The notes under the pieces: generated by a model
Databases searched by the model: none
Seen by the model: the letters and a program-made list of their open reading frames with translations, nothing else
Told to the model about the DNA's origin: nothing
Translations under genes and position numbers: made by a program
IMG/VR virus record: IMGVR_UViG_3300006065_000007
Location: 84,459 to 136,948 of that record
Source: a virus
Strand: one strand, 5' to 3'
DNA: 52,490 nt
In this document: positions 27,500-39,972 of the stretch, in pieces
How the letters are laid out: each line of letters opens with the position of its first letter
How positions within the stretch are numbered: position 1 is the stretch's first letter

Positions 27500-28531
27500 A
27501 TGTTTGTCAAGCCATATATTAAACATAACAAGACAACCGGTGAGCGTTACACGGTTTACAAGCTGGTTGAAGGTTGCCGTGTGAACGGACAGGTAACCCA
27601 CCGGATCATTGTAAGCTTTGGCCGGCTGGATGAACTGGACACTGATGACCGGAAAAAACTTTTGGGGCGGCGCGTGGAACAACTAATTGTAAATGGTGGC
27701 AACACACTTAGCATCAGCCAGGCCGACGGGCAGGTAGAAGAGCTTGCGCGCTATTATTACGAAGAGGTAAAAAAGAGAAGGCGGTACGATATAAAGCAGG
27801 GGAAAGCCGATTGGGAAACGGTCGATATGTCCACATTAAAGAACAAAGATGCCCGTGAGGTTGGGGCCGAATGGTTGTGCAGGCAAGCCTTTGACCAGTT
27901 GGGCATTGGTGGTTTTTTGCAGCAATCGGGATGGGACCAGCAGGAAATTGCGCTGGCTGCCACACATATCATCAGCAGGGCGGTATATCCGGCATCGGAA
28001 CTGAAAACTGTTTCATATATAAGGGAGAACTCAGCCATAAGCGAGATAACCGGGGTTGACAGGGAAAAGGTAACAAAGGACAAGCTCTACGGCATATCGC
28101 ATAAGCTTTACCAGATCAAAGACCCGATGGAGCAGTACTTGTCAAAGCGTACCAACGAGTTGTTCGACCTTGAGGACAAGATCATCCTATACGATTTGAC
28201 CAACACCTATTTTGAAGGCCGGATGCAGGGCAGCCGGGTAGCCAAATTTGGCCGCAGCAAAGAAAAGCGCAACGATGCCCGGATAGTGGTACTGGCCGTA
28301 GTGGTGAACCGTGAAGGGTTTTTAAAATACTCGAACATTTACCAGGGTAACATGGCCGATTGCAAGACACTGGAGGGGATAATCAATGCAATCAGCGCAC
28401 AAACATCTTTTTCACACCGCAAGCCTATCGTAGTGACCGATGCCGGTATTGCCACCGATGAAAACCTGCGAATGCTCAAGGGCAAAGGGTTTGAATACAT
28501 GTGTGTTTCACGCTCCTCGTTAAAAGAGTAA
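27500..28531 (+). mobile_element. IS1634-family transposase, C-terminally truncated
   Basis: LYDLTNTYFEG, FGRSKEKRND and VVTDAGI. GC content is visibly higher. It ends at the IS1595 boundary. Confidence 0.85.
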
Positions 28532-29534
28532 ATGATTATCGTATTCGATACCTAAATTCATTTTTTGATGTTACGCCAACAATAAGTAATCGATCAAAAA
28601 GAGCTTCGCCAAAATATCTCCTATTGAATTTATAGCAAAACTCATTCAGGTAGCCTTGCAAATATTCTGGTTTGATGTTATGGTGTATATCCAGGATCAT
28701 TCTTTTTGCATTGCTAATTGCCAGGTGTACCCATGGTAATATTTCCCCTACTTTTTCTTTGGGGATTACCTGTGGCTGATGCATTGAAACAAGGTTACCC
28801 AAATCCCTGTAAGAAGTAGAATCATCCGTGATCAAAGTTGATCCGGGTGAAACATTTGCACTGACCTGCTCATTTATGGTGCCAGCTTTAAGGTCCGGGA
28901 TTACCTGCATCTTAATAAACCCCACCTTCCGTGGTTTACCCTTTTTTGACTGTTCTCCTTCGACCTTCTTGCTTTCAGCCATTACCAAAACTTTGGTCTT
29001 CTTTTGGCTACCCCTTCCCCGCTTCCTTGGTTTATACTTTTCTTCAGGTTTTATTTCGGTTGAGAAAAAGCCTTCATCCAACTCAATCTGACCGGAAAGT
29101 ATATATTGAGAATCTCTTTTACCCATCGCTATTCTGAGTTTATGCAGCATTGTCCAGATAGGCTCGTAGTATTTATGCCCTAATTGCCTCTGTAATTCCA
29201 ATGCTGAAAAACTCTTCTTCGTTGACGTTAGAAGGTGCATGGCAACAAACCAATAACGAAAAGGCAATTGGGAACCATGCATAATTGTACCACTTCGTAA
29301 AGTCGTCCTTGTTTTGCATTTTTTACATTCATATTGCCACTTGTCCCTTTTCCAATAATGGTCAGTGCAGCCACACCGTCTGCATATAACCCCTTCCTTG
29401 TCCCTGATTGCCTTCAGCTTCAATTTGCAGCTCTCTTCATCGGGGTATTGGCTGATAAAATTAAGCAAGTTCATATCCCATGTAGTTTAATGACCTTAAA
29501 GATAATACAATTAGGCACAATATACGATATACAT
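28532..29534 (-). mobile_element. IS1595-family element; transposase at 28536-29474
   Basis: Zinc ribbon CRRC..CKKC, IELDE, LITDD and YLNEFCYKFNRR. Imperfect terminal IRs ATGATTATCGTAT / ATACGATATACAT. Confidence 0.85.
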
Positions 29535-30548
29535 ATAATTTTTTTTTATACCTATGCCAAAATGGAAAATTACTTTTTCAACTTCCAATTTAAATTCCGA
29601 TAAATATATTAATTATAATAATAATATATTAATTGTTCATAAAGATTTCGGTTGCGTTAATCATAACTCTAATTTTGATAAAGAATGAAAACAATAACTT
29701 CAATTATTCATCTTTTACCTACTAATTCTAATATCGAATTATCTAAAATTGTAAAAGACGACTGGTGTATTGATACTGAAAATAATACCATTACTAGAGC
29801 AAGATTTTATGACCAATACAATTTTCAAAAAATAATCGCAACTACCAATAAAAACCTTTCTCTTCCATCTTTTGATGATTTTTTTTTATTAACCATTTCA
29901 TGTATAATTTTAATTTTAATATTTTTATTAAATATCCTTTATTAAACCTTTATGATGATATGTCTTTGTTTTTAAATAAAAATAATCAAGTTTCTTTTTA
30001 TTATACTGATGTATCTATTAAAGAACAAGCTTTAAACTGGTGGAACAATCTAGAATTTATAAAAAAATACATTTTAACTCCGATAATGACTTCCAAATGT
30101 CTGAAAAATCTATTATTGAATTGTGGACAAAACTTTTTAATGTTTGCAATTGTATGGAATTAACTTGCGATGTTTACGAACCTGACCAACAAATACTTAA
30201 TAAAACTAAATTATCCGCTCAACAACATAATAATATAGAAAATATTGCCAACTCTTTATACCCTAACTGGTACTCAGACTATGAAGAAGGTCTAAAAAGA
30301 AATCACTTCATTTTAGGGTTTGAAATGGGAATTAATTATAATCCATCACTATGAGAAAAAACGCTAAATATAGATTTATCCCTTGCTGGTATGAAGAATC
30401 TTCTGATGAAATATTCGGGAAAAACTGGATATATCATATCATTTTCAAACTATTCCTATGGTTCGATATTTTTATCCTTCTTAAAATCGAACTCCCTATA
30501 TGGATCGATGAAAATCAACAATAAACTATCTAAATTATTATTCATAAA

Positions 30549-31529
30549 ATGTTTAAAAGCTCAACGACCGAAGAATTTATTAAAAAAGCTATGGAAGTTC
30601 ACGGGAAAAAATATGACTACTCAAAAGTAAGTTATATTAAAAATTCAATTAATGTAATTATAATATGTCCTGTTCATGGAGAATTTCTACAAACACCAGC
30701 ATCCCATTTAATAGGATCAGAATGTAATAAATGTAGTTTAATTAAAAGAGGGTTAAAAAGAAGAAAAACCACTGAATTTTTTATTGGAAAAACTAAAGAA
30801 ATTCACGGAGATAAATATGATTATTCTAAAGTAGTTTATACTGGAAATGATAAAAACGTAATAATAATATGTCCAGAACATGGAGAATTTAAACAACATC
30901 CTAGTAATCATGTATCGGGAAAAGGTTGTTCAAAATGTGTTGTATATCCATTATCTATAACAACTGATGACGTTATTGAAAGATCAAAAGAAAAACACGG
31001 AGACAAATATGATTATTCTAAAGTAGTTTATAAAGGACCTAATACTAAAATAACCATAATATGCCCCGAACATGGTGAATTTAAACAAGACCCATATAAA
31101 CATATGAGAGAAACTGGATGTCCTAAATGTAATGGTGGTGTTAAACATAATATTAACGATTTTTTAATAAAAGCTAAAAAAAAACACGGAGATAGATATG
31201 ATTATTCTAAAGTAGTTTATGTAAATAACACTATTAAAGTTACCATAATATGTCCAGAACATGGTGAATTTAAACAGGCTCCAAATAAACATTACACTTA
31301 TGATGGATGTCCTAAATGTTCAGGTTCTTATATGGATACTGAATATTTCATTGAAAATGCTAAGAAAGTTCACGGAAATAAATATGATTATTCTAAAGTT
31401 AATTATAATAAAATAAAATTAACAATAATCTGTCCAGAACATGGAGAATTCCAACAAATATCAACGTCCCATTTAAGAGGATCTGGATGTCCTAAATGTA
31501 ATGGTAGGTTTAAATTATTTGTCATATGA
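30549..31529 (+). CDS. Zinc-ribbon repeat protein (five HGxKYDYSKV..CPEHGEF..GCPKC units; DUF723-like, homing-endonuclease related)
   Basis: Repeats are visible in both protein and DNA. No nuclease domain is evident. Confidence 0.75.
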   Translation: MFKSSTTEEFIKKAMEVHGKKYDYSKVSYIKNSINVIIICPVHGEFLQTPASHLIGSECNKCSLIKRGLKRRKTTEFFIGKTKEIHGDKYDYSKVVYTGNDKNVIIICPEHGEFKQHPSNHVSGKGCSKCVVYPLSITTDDVIERSKEKHGDKYDYSKVVYKGPNTKITIICPEHGEFKQDPYKHMRETGCPKCNGGVKHNINDFLIKAKKKHGDRYDYSKVVYVNNTIKVTIICPEHGEFKQAPNKHYTYDGCPKCSGSYMDTEYFIENAKKVHGNKYDYSKVNYNKIKLTIICPEHGEFQQISTSHLRGSGCPKCNGRFKLFVI

Positions 31530-31601
31530 TGATAAAAAAAATAATAATAAAACCATTTAATATAAAATCAGCTAATAAATATAAAGAATGGTGGAAAAAT
31601 A

Positions 31602-32204
31602 ATGAAAAATTTTGTAGGGAAAATAGAATCCCTAAATATCCAGATAATGTTTATGGTTAAATTGAAAGAAGAATACAAAATTAATAGATTTATTCAAAAA
31701 TCAAAAGAAGTACATGGAGATAGATTTGATTATTCTAAGGTAATTTACATAAATCCATATACCAATGTTATTTTAACATGTAAAAAACATAACTTAGATT
31801 TTGAAATATTACCCGCACATCATTTTAGATCAAATATATCGTGTGATGAATGTAGAAAAACCAAAAATAATGATTTGTTTATAAAAAGAATTAAACTTAA
31901 ATACGGAGATAGATATGATTATTCGAAAGTAATTTATACGAGCGCACATGATAAAATAATTCTTATTTGTAATAAACATAATAAGGAATTTGAAGTATAT
32001 GCAAGTCATATACTAAATAAGGAACGTGGATGTCCTCTATGTCATAAAAAGGGTTATGTTTATGCCCCTTATGAAAAGGTAAAACCATTTAATATAAAAA
32101 GTATGAAAGATTATTTTGTGTGGTATGAAAATAATTTGCAATTTTGTGAAACCCATAGAATACCCAAACATCCTCATAATTATTATAGTAAAAAAGTTGG
32201 GTAA
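31602..32204 (+). CDS. Zinc-ribbon repeat protein (two units)
   Basis: HGDRFDYSKV..CKKH..CDEC and YGDRYDYSKV..CNKH..GCPLC. Confidence 0.65.
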   Translation: MKNFVGKIESLNIQIMFMVKLKEEYKINRFIQKSKEVHGDRFDYSKVIYINPYTNVILTCKKHNLDFEILPAHHFRSNISCDECRKTKNNDLFIKRIKLKYGDRYDYSKVIYTSAHDKIILICNKHNKEFEVYASHILNKERGCPLCHKKGYVYAPYEKVKPFNIKSMKDYFVWYENNLQFCETHRIPKHPHNYYSKKVG

Positions 32205-32249
32205 TAACCTTATTTTTACGTATCTTTGTGGTGAACTAATATTCATAAA

Positions 32250-35200
32250 ATGATAAATAAACCCGATTTTTTACCATATGATGAGGCTAGAAAAATTGTT
32301 AGGTCTTTAAATATAAAAACACAAAGAGAATGGTATAAATATGTTAAGAAAGAAGATTTTCCTATAAATATTCCTAAAGCACCTAGAGCAGTTTATAAAG
32401 AATGGGTAGGTATGATAGATTGGTTAGGGACAAATAAAAAACCTTTTGAAGAATGTCGGGAATTTGTTCAGTCATTAAATTTAAAAACAAGAGATGAATG
32501 GAAAGAATATATAAAAAGAAACAATTTTCTAATAGACATCCCAAAAAATCCAGCTGAATATTATAAAGATGATGGTTGGAATGGGTGATTGGTTAGGTAC
32601 AGGTAGAATTGCTAACCAAAATAAGGAATTTGTTTCATAAAAAAAAATATTATAAAACCGTTTAATATAAAATCAATAGTGAAATATTTTGATTGGTGGG
32701 ATAATAATAAAGAGTTTTGTATTCAAAATAAATTACCTAGAAATCCATATACAATATATGGTAATAAAAAAACTATGAAAGAAGAAAATAAGGTTTGGGT
32801 TTCATGGTACGACTTTTTAAGTCAACCTGAACCCGTTAATAGTAAAAAAAAACTGGAGTTAATAAACAAAATAAAAGATACCGATTTATTAACTATGGAT
32901 CCCTATGAACTAATGATAATCATTGGTCAAGGTAATTTACCCGATGAAATCAGAAACATTCTAGATACCGATGCCGGAACTCCCGATAGAATGGTAGCAA
33001 TCCAAAATGTAATCGATGATTTATCTGATAATGAAGAAGATATTAATGAAATTATACAAATAGATGACGTTGATATTAGAATTACAGAAAATGAAGAAGA
33101 TGAACCTACATTACCAATCATTTCAACAGTAGATGAATTCAGATCTATAGATAATTCTATTTATTCTTCAATGGATGAAGAAGCCATTGAATCATTAATC
33201 CAATATAAATTCCATAAACTATGGAACTATGTCCTTAATGAACAAATATCAGTAGATAAAATTATAAATGAAACAGGTGGAGAATACTTTAATAAAAAAT
33301 TCCTTTCTAAAAGAATATAACGATGTTAATCAATGGCACCCTAAAGATAACTATTCAAATTACCTAACACCAAACCTTATGCAGAAAGTAACTGTTCACC
33401 GGTTACTAACTTATAAATCGTATGGTAACTGGTCAGGTACAGGAGCTGGAAAAACTTTATCATTCATCCTATCAAGTAGGGAAATTGACGCAAAATTAAC
33501 TTTAATTATCGTTGTTAACTCCACTACTTCACAAATCGGACAATCAATTATTGACGCTTATCCGGATAGTACGGTTCATTATAACTACCATAAAGGTCAG
33601 GTATTCGATAGAACCAAACATAATTACCTGATTTTGAACTATGAAAAGTTCCAACAGGATTATTCAGAAGAACGATTTCAATCACTAACAAACGATAATT
33701 TAATTGATTTTGTGGTAATTGATGAGGTTCATAACGCAAAACAACGTCAAGGTATCGATGAATCAATCAGACGTGGCGTATTAAATCGTCTTATGGGTAG
33801 AATAAGGGAAAATAACCCTAATTTATACACATCAGTTATGTCTGCAACTCCCGTTATAAATGACTTGTTCGAGGCTAAATCATTACTAAAACTATTAACG
33901 GGAAAAGAATACGATGATATTGATACAAGAAGAACTTTAAATAATGCCCTGAAGATATACCAACAACTGTTCTTAAATGGGTTAAGATTTAAACCAAAAT
34001 ACGATCTTTCAGTAGAAGAATTAACTGGACATAACACCACAGAATTGAATATTGATGGTACACACCTAATTGATGATTTAATTTCAAATAGATTTAATTT
34101 ACTTGCAACTGAAGTGGTTTTGTTAACCGAAAAATTAAAATCCATTGATTATTATCTAAGAAAGGGTGTTATAATATATTCACACTATGTTGATAACATC
34201 ATAAATAAAACTAAAGAATATGTCGAAAGTAAAGGTTTTACGGTTGAAAGATATACTGGCGAAGAATCTCTTGAATATAGAACCGAAACCCTTTATAATT
34301 TTATTAATGGTAATATTGATCGCTTCAGACCCAATTACAACAGGTGTAGACGGTTTACAGAAGGTTTGTAATAGAATGTTTATCTTAACATTACCCTGGA
34401 CAGATTCAATATATACCCAATTAAAAGGTAGAATATATCGTCAAGGTTTTAATCCTCAATTTAATCATGTGGAAATTGTTATACCACAAGTAAGAATAAA
34501 TTTAGGTGATGACGAATTTTGGTCATGGGACATTCAAAGACTTATTTAAAAATAAAAGAACTTTAGCCGATGCAGCTGTTGATGACCTTGTTCCTTCTAA
34601 AATCCTACCTACAAAGGAAACCATGCATAAGAAAGCGATGGAATCATTAATCGCATGGAAAGAAAGAGTAAGTAAAGGTAATATTCATAGTTTTGAAAGG
34701 GAAAATATAAATATAAACCTTTATCCCGAACTAAGTGAAGAAGAAAGAAAAAATAGAATCAATTCAGAACTAACGGAATTCAATAAAAGAGGTAAAACCA
34801 CTCTTTCATCTACAATGAATAAAGAATTTAATGAAAACCCTGATTCTTCCTTTAGATATCATAGGTTAAGAAGAGAAAGTATGAAACATTGGAACGAAAT
34901 ACCTTATCAATATATCGCAGATAAAATTAAAGATACTACTGATGTTGTTATTGACTTCGGTTGCGGTGATAATCAATTTAAAAACTGTATCCCTAATAAT
35001 AAAGTAATTTCTGTTGACCATATTGCCTTCGATGATACCGTAATCGCTTGTGATATGAAAGACCTTTCTCAACACATTGATGATAAAAGCGTGGATATAG
35101 CTGTTTTCAGTCTATCTTTATGGGGTATTAACTATCGTGACTATCTTAAAGAAGCTAATAGAGTATTAATTAAACGAGGAATGATTTATATCGCCGAACA

Positions 35201-35396
35201 AATACATAATTATCAAACAGAAGAAAGTAATATAGAACTAATTAACTTGATTAATAATGCAGGTTTTGAAATTGTAGGAAAAATTGAAAGAAGAACTAAA
35301 TTCATTTATATAACTGGAATTAAAATTAAAATACAATTCATAAAATACCCATTTTATTTGTATAATTGTACTTTAAAAATATCTATCAATGAATAA
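32250..35396 (+). pseudogene. Frameshifted large gene: repeat units + SF2 helicase + class I (Rrp8-like) methyltransferase
   Basis: Consecutive overlapping ORFs carry YDEARK..REW..IPKAP repeats, Walker A GTGAGKT, DEVH, SAT, motif VI QLKGRIYRQG, then IDFGCGD and DIAVFSLSLWG. Confidence 0.75.
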
Positions 35397-36160
35397 TACA
35401 ATTAAAATTAAAAGAAGAATTACCCAACTTGATATTCTTTCTTTCGTTGAAAATGGTCTTAATACACCTATCATTAACCAATATAATATTTGATGATATA
35501 TTATTATATTAATTATCAACATACTGACTATTTCAGAATAGATAATGTTCTTGAATCTAGATATACTAATGAAACATTATTTATCTTTAGAACAGTATGA
35601 AAAATGTAATTTAATCAAAATTATTAACTAAAGTTTCGCACCAAAAAATATAGTTGATAATTAATAGGTTAATGTTGAAAAAAGCAGCATGATTTTTAAT
35701 TTATAATATGACTATTAACATTAACGATTTTGAAGAGGGTTTTTAACCCCCTTTTTCTTAACCTTAATATCACCCATCCCAGTACCGATAATCTTTTTAA
35801 ACCACCTTAAAAACGATTCTGAATCATTTTAAAACACTTATTCTAATAGACATTCTTTGTCGTAGGTAAATTTATCTAATACAGATGGTTACAAAATCTT
35901 TAAAATATTGATACTCTATGTTCCAATGTATTACAATATAATTGTATTACCTTTACAGGAATTGTCCTATGTGTAAAACTCGACCCATTTTTTTAAAATT
36001 CTCAATCGGGTGTAATACGTTAGGACATAGGTAATTCTCAACCGGGTGAAGTTATAGTTAACAATATGTCATACAATATATGGATTTAATAACAAAAAGA
36101 TAATTGAAGTATGTAGTTGAAAAAATAAAATGTCAGAATAGTGGGTAAAAAGATAACATA

Positions 36161-36228
36161 ATGTCATACGAAATGGTGTAGGATGAGAATTAAATAATAT
36201 GTCATACGAAATGGTGTAGGATGAGAAT
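36161..36228. repeat. 30-bp direct repeat x2 (38-bp period)
   Basis: ATGTCATACGAAATGGTGTAGGATGAGAAT at 36161 and 36199. Confidence 0.9.
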
Positions 36229-36299
36229 GACAAGGGGATAAAAAAAAAGGATCCAAGTATAACAACAAGGATCCTTAATGAGGGAAAAACGGAGTTTTG

Positions 36300-36518
36300 T
36301 TAACCACGCAATAATTTAGTCTTACATTGAAGAGCATCTCTTAAAGATGAATAGTTCTTACTGGTACGTACTCCGTTTTTAGTAACTCTAACGCGGAATG
36401 AAAGACCATCGTAATATATATTATTCGTTACGGGAACATATATAGTTACTGTATTACGTCTTAGAGCGAGTGATCTAGCTTTACGTTTAATACGTCTAAA
36501 AGAGTTTTTAAAATTCAT
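36300..36518 (-). CDS. Small basic protein (possible AP2-like DNA-binding)
   Basis: NNIYYDGLSFRVRVTKNGVRTSKNYSSLRDA; terminator hairpin at about 36240-36275. Confidence 0.5.
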   Translation of the reverse strand: MNFKNSFRRIKRKARSLALRRNTVTIYVPVTNNIYYDGLSFRVRVTKNGVRTSKNYSSLRDALQCKTKLLRG

Positions 36519-36875
36519 AAAATAAAGATTAATGTATATATAAAATATACATAAAAAATATTAAAAAAACAAATAAGTTAGATGAATATTTTCATTAAGA
36601 AGTGGACAATAATAGTAAGAACGACAACAGGCCAAACGAAATAAAGTACGAATGATATGGTTCCGGCAATAAGGGATAGAGATAAAACGTCTTTAATCGG
36701 ATCATCTTTTTTAACGAGCCAGGTTAAGAATGGTTTTTCAGAAAATGGAAAATAAAGATTAATTCCGACAGTAATATAATAGCTTATAGAAATAAGACCG
36801 CTTAATATAAAATACCAATTATCCATTAAATATAAATATCAAAGAACTTATAAAACATTAAACATAAGTTTATAA

Positions 36876-36974
36876 AATTGCCAATTAAGTTTCGGATAAA
36901 AGTGGATCCGGTTGAGAATTGCCAATTAAGTTTCGGATAAAAGTGGATCCGGTTGAGAATTGCCAATTAAGTTT
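36876..36974. repeat. 41-bp tandem repeat, about 2.4 copies
   Basis: AATTGCCAATTAAGTTTCGGATAAAAGTGGATCCGGTTGAG at 36876 and 36917, partial at 36958. Confidence 0.92.
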
Positions 36975-37402
36975 TAGGATTAGGTATATTAGTACCAGAA
37001 TAGTTTATTATTTTATTATTAACAAGATTGAATAATGAAATTAATAATTGGACAATCAGGTTATAAAAGAGTATTAATAATATAATAGGTAACATAATAA
37101 TAGTAATAATAACACCAACTAAAGACATAAAAAAGTTAAATATGTTCATATTGATAAAAGTTTAAAAATTTCAATACAAGATAATATAAAGATACCGATA
37201 AAGATTAATTTTAATGGTACGATACCTAGATAAAGAATTTTCTCCAGTGTATTTTGAGGTTTAGATTTTACGTTATGTAAAATACCGATAAGAGAAAGAA
37301 TAATAATAGTAAATAATAGAAGTAGTTCAAATAAAATTTCCATAGTAAATATAACCCCCTTTTTCTAATAAATATAAGAAAAAGGGGATTAAAAAACAAG
37401 GA

Positions 37403-37933
37403 TTAGTCATCAAAATATTCGTCGTTAATAAATTTGATTTTAAATGATACTACTTTATCGTCTTTTTTAGCAATATAAAGGTCATACGACCCATCTCCGT
37501 ATCCTGACGTAGATACAACACCATGTTCGATTACTCCCCATGAATCGGGTTCATTTATGGTTAAAGAACAAATTTTGCTATACCATTTATTCCCGTCATT
37601 TTTGGGATATTCATCATCGAACGCTGGTTCGATGTCATACGAATCAGAATCATCATCGTTTCTATAGTGGTTTATATCGAATATACCAGCTTGTCCAGAA
37701 TCTACACCGATAGTAAAAGGGGTATTTTGGTAATACAAATCATCGGATTTATGGTTAACGTGAGTGGCGACAAATTCAGCAACTCGTCTTCCCCAACCTT
37801 GGTCTTTAGCTTTAATTATGTTAGCGATATATTCACCGGGTAATACATCATTAAGAACACCCTGACACCACGTACCTAATTTATAACAAGGGTCAGATAC
37901 AACTACTGTTTCACCTAATTTAAATTTTTTCAT
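37403..37933 (-). CDS. DUF4241-like protein
   Basis: VSDPCY, IGVDSGQAGIFD and STSGYGDGSY. Confidence 0.65.
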   Translation of the reverse strand: MKKFKLGETVVVSDPCYKLGTWCQGVLNDVLPGEYIANIIKAKDQGWGRRVAEFVATHVNHKSDDLYYQNTPFTIGVDSGQAGIFDINHYRNDDDSDSYDIEPAFDDEYPKNDGNKWYSKICSLTINEPDSWGVIEHGVVSTSGYGDGSYDLYIAKKDDKVVSFKIKFINDEYFDD

Positions 37934-37971
37934 TATTAAGAATTTAAAATGTTATACAAAGATAAAAGAAA

Positions 37972-38778
37972 TTAATCAAAAATAAAAGATAATTCTCTAT
38001 GTGTCTGACATAAAATGTCTTTACATAATTTATCAGGAATAGAGCTACGTTCAAGATACGATTTATGTTTAACGACCCCTTTAGGTTGTTTTTTATGATC
38101 ATATCTTTGTTGAAAAGTATCGGAATGATGGCAAGTATTTGTTTTACTTTTCTTAGGGCACCATTTAAGGTTAAGTTTTAAATTGCTAAAGATACTTGTT
38201 TCTTTACGATATTGTGAACCATATTTGCAATAGGTTGTAATATTTTCGTAAAAAGTTGGTATCAATTTTTTGAGATAAAACCTCATATAACCGGTAGCGG
38301 GATTTTCGATAAAATAAATAAGGTTAGGATTTTGAACCTGGTAGTGGTTAATGATATCGACAGTTTTAATTAGGATATCGGTGTGGGTAATTCTTTTTCG
38401 AATTATTCTATCAGGATATTTAAGTCTTTTATCAATGGTAAAATTGGTTCTAGGTTTAATATCTACAACTTTGCCATTTAACTTTATGGATTCCCAGTAT
38501 CTATTTCCACCTCCTTTCATAGCGGTTACAATGCTCCATGTTTCGCAAGGTGGTGAAGCCCAAATAACATCGGGAATAAACCCATTGATGTCTTCAGGGT
38601 TGAATTGAAGAATATCAATGGGTATATCAATGTGATCTAGGTTTAGAATGTCCAATGATTTAACATGGTAACCCAGATTTTTTGCCATTTTACTTATGCA
38701 ACCGGATCCATCGAACAGGACTAGAATCTTTTTCTGTTCATGTTTCATCAAGTAGTTATCAAATAATTTATTAAACAT
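37972..38778 (-). CDS. Orphan C5-cytosine DNA methyltransferase-like protein
   Basis: Motif I LFDGSG, motif IV WASPPC, motif VI IENP, and QYRKET. Confidence 0.75.
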   Translation of the reverse strand: MFNKLFDNYLMKHEQKKILVLFDGSGCISKMAKNLGYHVKSLDILNLDHIDIPIDILQFNPEDINGFIPDVIWASPPCETWSIVTAMKGGGNRYWESIKLNGKVVDIKPRTNFTIDKRLKYPDRIIRKRITHTDILIKTVDIINHYQVQNPNLIYFIENPATGYMRFYLKKLIPTFYENITTYCKYGSQYRKETSIFSNLKLNLKWCPKKSKTNTCHHSDTFQQRYDHKKQPKGVVKHKSYLERSSIPDKLCKDILCQTHRELSFIFD

Positions 38779-39319
38779 TTTGATAGATGTAATTAAATTT
38801 TTGTAAAGTTTTTTCTATTTCATTGGACATTGCAACATGAAGTTTTTTAATAGCACTATCCACTAGATTTTGGTTTTTATAAAGTTCATTCATATCGTCA
38901 CCTAAATCTGTAGTTTTTCCGGCGATAATTCTGATATCTTTGATATCGTTTTTTTTTCTATAGAATATAGATCTAGCATAGATGTATTCACGTGAAATAG
39001 CGAATTTCATTTCTGATTGGATCATTTCACGACATCTTAATTGAATTATTAGTTCTTCAATTTGAGATAGTTCAACAAGCACATCTTCGATTGATTTAAC
39101 GTTCAACAGATAGTGTTGTTTGATAGAATTCAGTTGATCAGATTCTTGAATAGATAAAAGCATATCGGTATTCAAAAATTTGTCATACGCGTGTGGTTTC
39201 ATAGAATCCCCTATAATGTTTCCAAAAACCATTGTTAATAATTTATTGCTTCTTGACATAATAAATAATTTTTTTAAACAAAATAAAAGGGGGAAAATTC
39301 CCCCTAATTGGTAATACAA
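38771..39319 (-). CDS. Hypothetical protein
   Basis: ORF overlapping the next gene; likely start MSRSNK. Confidence 0.6.
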   Translation of the reverse strand: MYYQLGGIFPLLFCLKKLFIMSRSNKLLTMVFGNIIGDSMKPHAYDKFLNTDMLLSIQESDQLNSIKQHYLLNVKSIEDVLVELSQIEELIIQLRCREMIQSEMKFAISREYIYARSIFYRKKNDIKDIRIIAGKTTDLGDDMNELYKNQNLVDSAIKKLHVAMSNEIEKTLQKFNYIYQNV

Positions 39320-39660
39320 TTATTTTTTAAAATTCTTCATCATCTTCATTGTGTTCACAAATTTTTATGAAATCCTCTTCAGATGGTAGTTCAGAGAAAT
39401 TGAAAACGTGTTGTTTATTCCAGTTAACGGTAAAGGTTTTATTATCCAGGTCGACACAATAAGTACCTTCGCAGAATAGTCCATCTATTTCAAAAGATTT
39501 TGAATCTTGTAACCAAATAACATCATCAGTTGAATCATTGATGATATTTAAAATATCGGCACCATGATCTCTTGAAAAATTAGGATACTGTGACCGCTAG
39601 GATAGTGGTACCATTGTCCATATTGAGCTACTTTTATTTCACCCTTATGTATTACTTTGG

Positions 39661-39972
39661 TTAACCCTCTTGTTCCCATACGTCTGTGGTATTAAATTGT
39701 TTTTGAACTTCGTCCAGAATAGTACATAAATCCTCAACCGAATAAGAATTTATGTCACCCTCTATTTCAGTACCAATTTCGTCTTTAGCGACTACTTTGC
39801 CGAAGTTGTGAATTTCCACAATGGAATCTTCACAAATTACAAATGGATTTTCACTAAAATCCATAAAATCCTTACCCTCACAATTAGATAGAATTTCCTC
39901 AACCAATAAGGTTTTCAATTCTTTAATTTTTTCTGTAAAATACATAATTTTAAATTTTAAATTGTTATACAA
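39661..39972 (-). CDS. Hypothetical early protein
   Basis: Lies behind a TATCTTTG promoter; likely start MYFTEK. Confidence 0.6.
   Translation of the reverse strand: MYNNLKFKIMYFTEKIKELKTLLVEEILSNCEGKDFMDFSENPFVICEDSIVEIHNFGKVVAKDEIGTEIEGDINSYSVEDLCTILDEVQKQFNTTDVWEQEG

Noticed and set aside
30549-31529. Diversity-generating retroelement template/variable repeats
   Set aside because: The repeats are in-frame protein domains, I saw no adenine-specific pattern in the differences, and there is no reverse transcriptase in the window.
32250-35396. Programmed ribosomal frameshifting
   Set aside because: There are too many breaks, some near homopolymers, and similar breaks occur elsewhere in the window. 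Sequencing error or decay is more parsimonious.
36876-36974. CRISPR array
   Set aside because: The intervening sequences are identical, so it is a tandem repeat. No cas genes are present.
39320-39655. Unannotated gap as an ncRNA
   Set aside because: It translates on minus as broken protein pieces (KVAQYGQW..YPSG; SRDHGADILNII), so it is a gene remnant.
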